Assembly (NCBI GenBank): GCA_900617105.1
Contig: UYFQ01000056.1
Span: 62,001-126,000, forward strand
Length of the DNA stretch: 64,000 bases
Origin: Hydrurus foetidus
Taxonomy: Eukaryota
Direction of reading: 5' to 3'
Positions within the stretch are counted from its first letter, which is position 1; each line of letters begins with the position of its first letter. The notes beneath the pieces were generated by a model. That model did no database searches, was not told where the DNA came from, and saw nothing but the letters and a program-made list of their open reading frames with translations. A program made the translations under genes and the position numbers. Of the stretch, positions 41,255 to 64,000 are shown piece after piece.

Positions 41255-44200
41255 ATGCCCACGAAGGATAGTTACTCCGCAGTCGCTGTTCAGGGTTTTC
41301 TGTTGATCTTACTGGCAACATACTGTGCGTTCAACTATAGCTTGTTGTATGTGAGTGAAAACATCAGCAAGAGAGTGCTGGAAGCAAATTCAATTGTCCT
41401 AGAGAATCAGAAAAAAGGAACAAATATCTGGTGGTCTGATCAGACAGATGAAGAACCGCTGATAGAGGGTTTTACAAGCGATTTCAGTTACGCAGCACAT
41501 GAAACAATAGTCTTCAAAATATTCGTCAAACCGTCTGCATTCAATGGATCCGAAGATTTGATAGTTCAGCTTTGGATATTCCGATTGGGATATTATGACG
41601 GCTTCGGAGCAACTCTCTCTGGGAATATCAGCTACACAACAACAGCAAGGGATATCCAGCCAAATTGCATGTTCGAGGTGTCAAGTTACATGACAGACTG
41701 TGACAATTGGAAGGAATCTCTTTATTGGAACGTTCCTGAAGAATCACATTCGGGAGTATATGTTGCTGTTCCTGTAATTTACAGACAAGATAAATCTGAT
41801 GGGAAAGTTGAAAGTAGAGGTTCTTTCATTCCTTTTGTGGTGAAGAAGAAAGTCACATCGAATTCGATCACAGGCAAAGTAGATGCAAAATATGGCAGTG
41901 ATATTCTGTTTAAAACTTCCGATTTTACGTGGGTTGTTTATAACAAATATGGAGGATGGAATTTATATCGTGGAAATGGATCCTATACCTTTGATTCTAG
42001 AGCTGTAAAAGCGTCCTACAATAGGCCATTTCAGAACAGACAATTCAAACCACAGGGTCAATTCGAGAATTTTTTATTTGGTGCTGATTATCCGTTGTTA
42101 TTCTGGCTAGAAAAACACGGTTATGATGTTTCGTACGCATCATGTAATGATGTCGAAAAAATGGGCGAAAATGGTGATTTGAATCCTTTGAATTACAGAA
42201 TACTATTGTCAGTAGGACATGATGAATACTATACACAAAGTCTAAGAGATGCATATAAAAATGCAAGAAATGTTGGTGTAAATTTGGCTTTTTTTAGTTC
42301 CAATGAAATATTTTGGAGAACGAAATGGGAAGATGAGAAAATAATTTCAAAAGATGTAAAATTTATTAGGACAGCAGGAATGGGAAATTTGTCGTTGAGT
42401 TTTTATACCACTGAAAATCACGGAAATGAAGAAAGAAAATTATCATCTGTAAAAAGTACTAATGTGCCAAACATGAAAAGTCCATCACATTTACAGAAAA
42501 AAAATCAATCTAACAGTCATCAAATAAAATTAGAGGAAAAGCAAAAAATTCAAACAGAAGAAAAGACTATGCAAAAAAATGAAATCACAGCAAAAAATAG
42601 TGAGATAGTAATCAGGAAAAATCGTGTAATGTATTGTGCAAAAGAAACAATTAACGGAAAAGTAATGCAGAGTACAAATCCCCAAAGGGATTGGACCGGG
42701 ACTTTTACCGACCCCAGATTCCGGAAAGCAGAACCGGAAATATCTTTAACCGGACAAAAATTTGCCGTCAACGGATTTCGTTCAGACGCCATTGAAATAG
42801 GTGAAACGGACTCAAAATTACGGTTTTGGAGAGATACGGATTTGTCATTAGGTGCTGTAAAATTTCCGTACAAAACTGCGAAAGGTTATTTAGGGTATGA
42901 ATGGGATGTACACTCAGATGACTGTAATAAACCCAAAGGTTTATTTACGATGTCTAGTACTACTAAAAAAATAAAACATGGGCTAAGCGAATCTTTTGGC
43001 GCTTCGTACAAAGGAACGGACGTAGTTACACACAAAATATCGCTGTATAGACACATCTGTGAAATTCAAGATAAAAATGGTAACAGCGAAAATTTGAATA
43101 TGTTGTTGAAAAATGAAATGACTTCACAAAATATAATCAGTGACTCCTACAATAATAATTTCAGAAATATAACAGGTAAAAAACGAAATTTAAATCAAAT
43201 AAGAAAATTAAAAAGAAAAAACAAATTTATCGGAGATTATAAAAATATGAAGTCATCTTTAGTCTTTGGCTCAGGTACGTTACAATGGTCATGGGCTCTC
43301 AGTACTTACCATGATGGCCCGTACGTACCTGAAAATAAGTACTTACAACAAGCGACTATTAATTTATTTGCCGATATGGGTGCGCAGCCGAGCACAGTCC
43401 TTTGTACGGGAAATAAAAATCAAGCAAGAATTAACAACCATTTATTAAATTCAAATTCTGATTTTCTACTTCCATCAAAAAATGAAATATTGAAATTTGC
43501 AACCGAATCCACCGATTTCAAACCACCGTTTTCTATTATAGATAATCCGTCAAATAATTCAATATTTAAAGTGAATTCTCAAAATTACGAAAATAATAAT
43601 TTTGAGATGGTTTCCGAACTTGGAGTTAATAATGACACGGAAAATCAGAGAGTTAATGTCAGACTAAAAAATCGCCTTAAACGACAAGGAATAAGAAATT
43701 TAAAAAATGTAAATGCGGAAAATACTATTTCTGGTGGAGAAGAAAATTTCCGGAAAAATGTATCAAATGAAGCAAATATTCGAAAAATCGATAGAAAGGA
43801 CCTGAAAGAAAATATTCAAAGTGATTTTTACATTCTTTTTTCAGGGCATGCAAGAGACCGAGATGGGGGAAATGTTGGTGGTGTTGAAATCAGCTTTGAC
43901 GGAGGTTTATCTTGGAGACAAACTGTCGGGAGAGAAAAATGGGAATTTAAATATATGGTAAGATCGCCCATGTCAATTGGAGATTCTGTTATCAGGATTA
44001 GAAATGTGTTTTTATTTTTTATTGTTTGAATAAAAACGCGGCTCTTCAAATCCATTCTTCACTTTTTTCCACTTTCTGTACATTTTATCAGATTTTGTGG
44101 ATTCCAATTATCTTTCTTTCTCCGCTATTATAACACGTCTTCATTTTTATGTTCATCTACCCATATTCATCACGGGAGTGAATTTTTGTGTCAATGCTTA

Positions 44201-44541
44201 CTATTTCGTAAAATTATTCTTCTCAATATTTATTTATTTTTTTTATTTATTTATTTATTTATTTATTTCAGATTATTCCGAAAGCCATATCTTGGGAAGA
44301 ATCATTATTATGTCCAAATACGGCACGTACGATATCTAATCACACGCCCGTACTTACGAATCTTTATCAAGAAGTCGCCGTCAATTCGACTGAAGAAATA
44401 GCAAATACCAGAACGATTAAAGAACGTACATTTCTGTCCGTACTTACGAGAGCGGTAGATGATAGTGGCTGGCTCGAAGAAACGGAAGAAAATCCGTTTA
44501 CGGATAAAAAATTACCACTGATTATCGAGATTATTTTCTGA
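41255..44541 (+). CDS. N,N-dimethylformamidase beta-subunit-family protein with a C-terminal Ig-like domain and an N-terminal signal/anchor; 2 exons
   Basis: NSIVLENQKKG, IEGFTSDFS, IFRLGYYDG, DCDNW, SGVYVA, TSDFTWVVYNKYGG.NLY, RAVKASYNRPF, YPLLFWLEKHGYDVSY, SVGHDEY, GVNLAFFSSNEIFWR, GYEWD, VFGSGTLQWSWAL, QQATINLFADMGAQP and GGVEISFDGG.SW. Intron 43958-44271 (GTAAGA...TTTCAG), then an exon containing RAVDDSG.LE. Confidence 0.85.
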
Positions 44542-45518
44542 CAAATTGCTTTATTTTTTATATTTACAGTTTTCTTTCCAGACGAATACGCCTTTTTGAA
44601 GATTCTGTATTCTGTATTGTACATTATTTGAGAGTTGCGAAATATTCTCCACTCTATCTGTTGGTAGTCATAATTATTCAGGGGTGGAAATTTTATACGA
44701 CTAATAGTGCTAAATCACTTACATATTAATCAATTCATCAGACTTATCGAATTTCATAAATGAGACTTTTCATTTTTCATTTTTTATTTCATTTTTTATT
44801 TTCACTATTTATGTCGCTTGTTGAAGAGCATCTCTTTCAACATAACCGGGATTCTTCATGTTTTGCGAAGTCCTCGATTTTCATGCTTCAAGATGATGGG
44901 ATATTTTTCATTTCGTGCACAAACACTATCACGTGGATAAATTTCATGTTCGGTTTCCTTATCATAATGGAGCATGAATACACCGTTTTGCACTTCGAGT
45001 AGTTACTAAGTAGGTGAATATTCTGCTATGATCAGAATGATCTATTATCATGAATGAGTTGAAAAGAAGAATGTTGACCCATCTCATTTCAATATCATAT
45101 TAGACTGACTGAAAGAATTCTGAGAAGTATTACACTCACCATCAGTGATTGTGATACAACAACCTTGAGTTAAATAGGTGGGCAAATAAGTTGATCAATC
45201 ATTTTTTTCACTCTGATGAAACATGGACATAAACTACAAATAATTTCTCCAACATTCTCCAAAAGTTATTTTACGCGACGTATGCGTTTCGTGTGTGTCG
45301 GAACTTTCCGTACCGTAAAATTCAAAATTCTCCCCCAGCCTTCTCACTTCTCACTTCTCTGGAACTTGATCTCAAATCTTCTTCTCCTGTTGACACTGTT
45401 CGTGTTGACATACCTTACACCTTTCTGTGCTTCACACTTGGTTCCTCTGCATCTCAGATTCTAAACTTGATTCGTTTGCTTCAACGCTGAAAAGCAACTT
45501 TCCTCTTGTTGTGGAAAA

Positions 45519-47845
45519 ATGAAGGCTTTCAGGTCAACAATATGCAAGTCGCATCTGATATCAAGAGTAAGGTTAGGGAGTAGTCGACCCCTCTCGACGA
45601 TCACCTCCTTACAAAGTGCATACAGTGGAAAAGTTGCCGACGGCGCTCTAGAGTTCGACGAACATCAATTTAAGCTGATCAAGTTGTTGAATAAGATCAG
45701 CACATACTTGGTAGATGAAGAGATGAGACTAAAAGAACCTGCCGCCGCTCAGCCTACTGCAGCAGCAGATGCAGATGCTGCAGCAGACACCGCAGTAGCA
45801 GATACCGCAGCTGGAGGCACTGCAGCTGCGGAGCGTCAGAGAATAATTCGCGCCAGAGGGCTCTACATTTATGGTGACGTTGGTATTGGGAAGACAGTAG
45901 TGATGGACATGTTCTTCGATAATTGCGATATTTCTGCGAAGAAGAGAGTGCATTTCCATCAATTTATGCTCGATATCCATCAACGAATTCACAATTATAA
46001 GAAAGATCTCCTCCTGAAATATGGTCGGGATATTCAACTCAACATGAGTTCGGAACGAGATGCGATAACTCAGGTTGCTGAGGGTATAGCTGATGACTGT
46101 CGACTTCTCTGTTTTGATGAGTTTCAAGTCACCGACATTTGCGATGCGATGATATTAAGCAAGCTATTCAGCGTGTTGTGGTCGAGAGGTACTGTTCTAA
46201 TTGCGACATCCAATCGCCCTCCCAGCGATCTTTACAAGGATGGTCTCAACAGAGCCTATTTCATTCCGTTCATTACCCGTCTAGAACAAGAATGCATAGT
46301 CAAAGAAATCGCTTCATCAAAAGACTACAGGCAGGCCAATAAGCCACTACCAAACTCTTATTACACTCCTCTGACTGAGGAGACAAAATCAAATCTATGG
46401 AAGGATTTTAAAACTCACTCCTATCAATATCGCCAACTTCACGAAAATCTTTACGAGCCTGGGAAAACTGTTGAAATAAATGTGCCAGTTATGATGGGCA
46501 GAACAGTCAAAGTTACGTCCGTCAGTGAGTCGTCTACGGCGTGTTTCGTTGATTTTAAGTATTTATGCGAGACAGACAGGGGAGCATCTGACTACCACGC
46601 AATATGCTCCAGATATGACACTATCTTTTTATACGGTATTCCCGTGTTATCCGTATTAAAACATGATCGTGCAAGAAGATTTATCACTCTTATTGATGAG
46701 ATTTACGATGCGGGTGTGCGCATTGTCTGGGCAGCCGAATCTGAGCCAAATTCACTTTTTAAAGAATTAACACCAGTTGAAATTATCATTGAAAAGAAAG
46801 AAGGGAAGAAATTTGGGACGGATCATAATTGGGGGGCAGATCCAAACTTTATACCGGGCGTTCCGGCTTCCGCGGCTACCACTAGTAAATCAACTAACGA
46901 GTGGCTGGATCAAGCATCGAGGACTGATATCTATCCTGCTGTATCACGTGAGTAAAAGTGCAGTGTTGCGTGTTGAGGTGTGACGCTGTCAAGCGGTCTT
47001 GTTCATGTAGCATGATGCATTTTAATTTACTTTACTGTGTTGATATTGTAGTACAGATTAGTTTTTTGTGATTAGCTATGCAGAATATTTTTAGGAGTAC
47101 AGTCATTGGTATGTCATGTAGTTTGTCTGTTAGTGTTTCATGATGTTATATGGCACTTAGCGCTTCGCGATGTATTACTATGACTTCATTCCACATCATG
47201 TATTTTATTCTGTATTATGTTGTGTCGTGCAACTAAGTATAATGCAGTCAAACATGTGAGAGCAGTGCAGCGATTCTAATATGCATAAAATACAACTTTT
47301 CAGCCTCATTTTCTCATGACAATTATTCCTGTCAGTGCGACTTACAATAACTAATATACTTATGTTTTATGTTTATTCGTCTGCTGATCTGTCAATCAAA
47401 ATAATGTGACAGAAGATTTGATCATTAATTTGCGTTTAAATTGATTGATAATTATTTTCTTCACCAGTTGATTTTGTTGTGTCCTCATTATGTTGTTAAC
47501 TTCCGTCAACAACAACATTTTTATTTCTTATTATAATCGTAATTTTTGACGCGACTCACTGCATGTATGAATCAAATAGCTGTATACTAATTGCACTTTC
47601 CAATCAACAAAACACTTGTCTGCTACGTAACTGAGCAACTCTCAATTCCAATCAATTTCTGTTCCACGATTTTAGAGATCTATGTTGGCACGGATGCAGC
47701 AAATGACGAATTGAAACTAATGGAAGGAGAATTATCTTCAGTGCAAGAATTGAAATTTGCATTCCGTAGAGCTGCTTCTAGATTAACGGAAATGGCCGGA
47801 AAAGAGTATCTACAAAACTGGAAATTGAGATTTAAGTCAAAATGA
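45519..47845 (+). CDS. AFG1: AFG1/LACE1 (ZapE-family) mitochondrial AAA+ ATPase, 2 exons
   Basis: Mitochondrial-type presequence, GLYIYGDVGIGKT (Walker A), RVHFHQFM, LLCFDEFQVTD (Walker B), TSNRPPSDLYKDGLNR and ARRFITLIDEIY. Intron ~46948-47674, then a last exon with FAFRRAASRLTEM. Confidence 0.95.
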
Positions 47846-48247
47846 TCATAATTAGTAATTTGTTCTTAATCCCGTATTTTTACTGAATCCATGTTCTTTA
47901 TCTATTACAGTTTTTTGCTTAGCCCTTAGCTGTATTCGCATCGATTGCACATTGCGATTAAAACTGATTCAATGAATGTTGTATTAAAATTGATCACTGT
48001 ATTTTGTATTTTGTATTTTGTATTTTAACGATGACGTATGTTGTAAGAACGGAGCGTTCGCCAAATTATTCTCGAGATTTCGATTCGATTTTCTTGCAAG
48101 AACACAGCGAAAGTATTACACAGCGCACTGTGACGCGGAATCTGTCACTTTCCATCTGAGGCAATTGAGCGATTTACGGACTGTGATCGGAAGGCAGCTG
48201 ACTTCTCCCTCGATATTCGCTTCTCTCTTTGAATTTCTACAGAAAAC

Positions 48248-49248
48248 ATGAATTACATGACGAAATCAAGTTTAGCATCTGTCTGCACAGATGGGTTAGT
48301 TCGTTTACAGAATCATCTTCTCAAGTCTGGGACTGTCCACAGAAGAATGTCAGCTATACCAGCAATCGAAGCTGCAGCAAATTTTGAGGACATAGTCCGG
48401 ACCCGAACATTTACAAGGAGCTTCGACAAGGACAGAAGCATAGATCCTGTTCTGATTGAGAGATTACTGAGACTCAGCCAAATGGCACCGTCATCTTTCA
48501 ATCTCCAGCCTTATAAAATGATTCTAGTTCAGGATAAAGCAGCGAGAGCTGCACTTGCTGACACAATGCTCGGAGGAAATGGGCAAAGAGTGCTTGACGC
48601 GCCATTAACAATAGTCTATTTGTCAGATAAAGGTACTGATTCTTTCTTTTTCATTCTTAAGTATCAATCAGCACCGCATTTGTTCAAATCTTACAGAATT
48701 TTTTGTTTCTATTTACAGAGCCAGTAAAACTCACGCAAAATCTGATGGCATTAGAATCTTCCGTCGGAACAGATCCGGGATATCTCAGAGATTTAATTGG
48801 GAAAATAAGTCTGCTACTTGGCAATGGAGGATTTGCAGCCGCGAAACTCCGATCATTTGCATCTCATTTAAAATCAGCGATATCGCCATCTCCTGTGATT
48901 CAATGCGATCCCACTGCTTGGTCTGTTAAGAACACCATATTCGCATCACAGACATTTATCCTAGCAGCAGCAGCAAATGGATTATCAACAGCTCCAATGG
49001 AAGGATTCGATGAAAGAAGACTTTGCTATGCTTTAAATATTCCTATGAAGAGATATACTGTTCCTATGGTTATATGTGCTGGATACTCTTCTGTTTCTAC
49101 AGAACATTCCGCTGGGAAAGAACCTTCTGAAAAGGGTAAAAGAAGATATCAGTTAGAGGACATATGTTATACTGACAAATTTGATTTACGATATAAACCA
49201 GCGAAGCATGAGAAAGTTCAGATACCAACAGAGAACATCCAAAAATAA
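48248..49248 (+). CDS. Nitroreductase-family flavoprotein, 2 exons
   Basis: R..TRSF, APSSFNLQP, N.QRVLDAP, FILAAAANGLSTAPMEGFD and PMVICAGY. Intron 48633-48718 (GTACTG...TACAG) joins in frame. Confidence 0.92.
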
Positions 49249-50103
49249 TTGTCGACAGCTTTCGGATTGTTGAACTTCTCAGGATAAAAATGAAAATAAT
49301 TTTTTTCTACAATGCATCTGTTTTTTTAGTTACAACATATTGTATCTTTGTCTGTTGATTTCTAAATGTGTATAATAAGTGCACTTAAAATGGTGCTGAA
49401 TATTTTGCAAACCATTTTTGAAAATAATTTTCGTGCTCTATCTATTTTTGATCGACTGGAAGTGGTTTTCGAAAAAATGATATGCCCGTAGTTTCTTGTA
49501 CAGCTTTAGAAAGCGTGAGAACATCCAAGATTTTGATGTTCCTGACAACCGAAGAGGAGTACCACAAAATTCTTCAATGCGAAGTAATCGATGTACTTAC
49601 CACTCAGTAGAACGTATGCTGCAATAGTACTTACGCAAACAACCGGAAATAAAAAATACAGTATTGCGCCATTTTTGGTCCCTGTCCGACCGGATGAATC
49701 GTCTACGATTGAATTAAATGCATGCCGCTGTTTATCGTTTTACCGTAATTTTGGATCTAAGAATTTATTGATATATTGTGTGTAGTGCTGTAATTTCAAT
49801 ATTTACATTGTAAAATTTATTGAAAAAAGAAATAAATTTTCACACAAAATATAAATATTACACAAATACCCTAACATGACTCGAAATCTCGATTTTTTCT
49901 GAAATTACGCGCACTCTATTTCGGTAAAGATAAATGAAATTCTTCATGTGCAAAACCGATAATTTGAAATATTTTCAAATGACGAATTTCTTCGAATACT
50001 TGACTGTGAGAAAAATAAACAACAGGAAATAAAATGACTTTTCCTATCTGGCTGCCCGATAATTCATCTTCAGAAATGCAAAGATTTCTTTTTCTCTTTT
50101 GTT

Positions 50104-63729
<13,626 letters not shown>

Positions 63730-64000
63730 TATGTTTCCTACTTTCCTTCTATACTGATTTCTCAATACCCAGGCCGTCAGATAAGTTTTTCGATCGTGCA
63801 ATTTCAATCTGCACTCATCAGAGCACAAATTGCACTTCACAGCTGTACTCTACGCTCTTTCGAGCGACTGTGAAGATGATCCCAATCACAATTCCAGCAT
63901 GTGTCATTCAGTGAACACCATGCATGATGAACGAAGTGAAGAGCCATCGTGCAAAATGAAACCGTCATAATATACCGGGCAAACCGTTATAGTGTCGGTT

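Overview
Intron-rich, AT-rich eukaryotic nuclear DNA, most likely from a photosynthetic, flagellated ochrophyte (stramenopile alga). The basis is a fucoxanthin-chlorophyll LHC with an ASAFAP-type bipartite presequence and a CCDC180/CFAP76-like axonemal gene. Bases 1-9.05 kb are a nest of mobile elements: a minus-strand Ty3/gypsy element (5' LTR, PBS-like site, N/D/R-rich gag, protease and the start of RT) split by a 2.8-kb insert of an unrelated LTR-like segment plus a decayed Helitron Rep, followed by a copia RT relic. The rest holds spliced genes: class III ADH (FALDH/GSNOR), an RDR-gamma-like cellular RNA-dependent RNA polymerase, a plastid-targeted DEAD(DEVD)-box helicase, an unknown TPKK-tailed protein, an Lhcx-like antenna protein, a UBL-type II PI4K, a bacterial-type N,N-dimethylformamidase-beta-family protein, an AFG1/ZapE ATPase, a nitroreductase and CCDC180-like. 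There is also a fully bounded PIF/Harbinger deletion derivative and a ~150-bp foldback element. The two best leads are (1) a putative 123-nt intron and dual-coding zone at the gypsy gag/pol junction that could switch between Gag and Pol by splicing, and (2) an intron-containing DMFase-family gene that looks acquired from bacteria. All calls come from reading motifs by eye; no database searches were run and exon edges are approximate.
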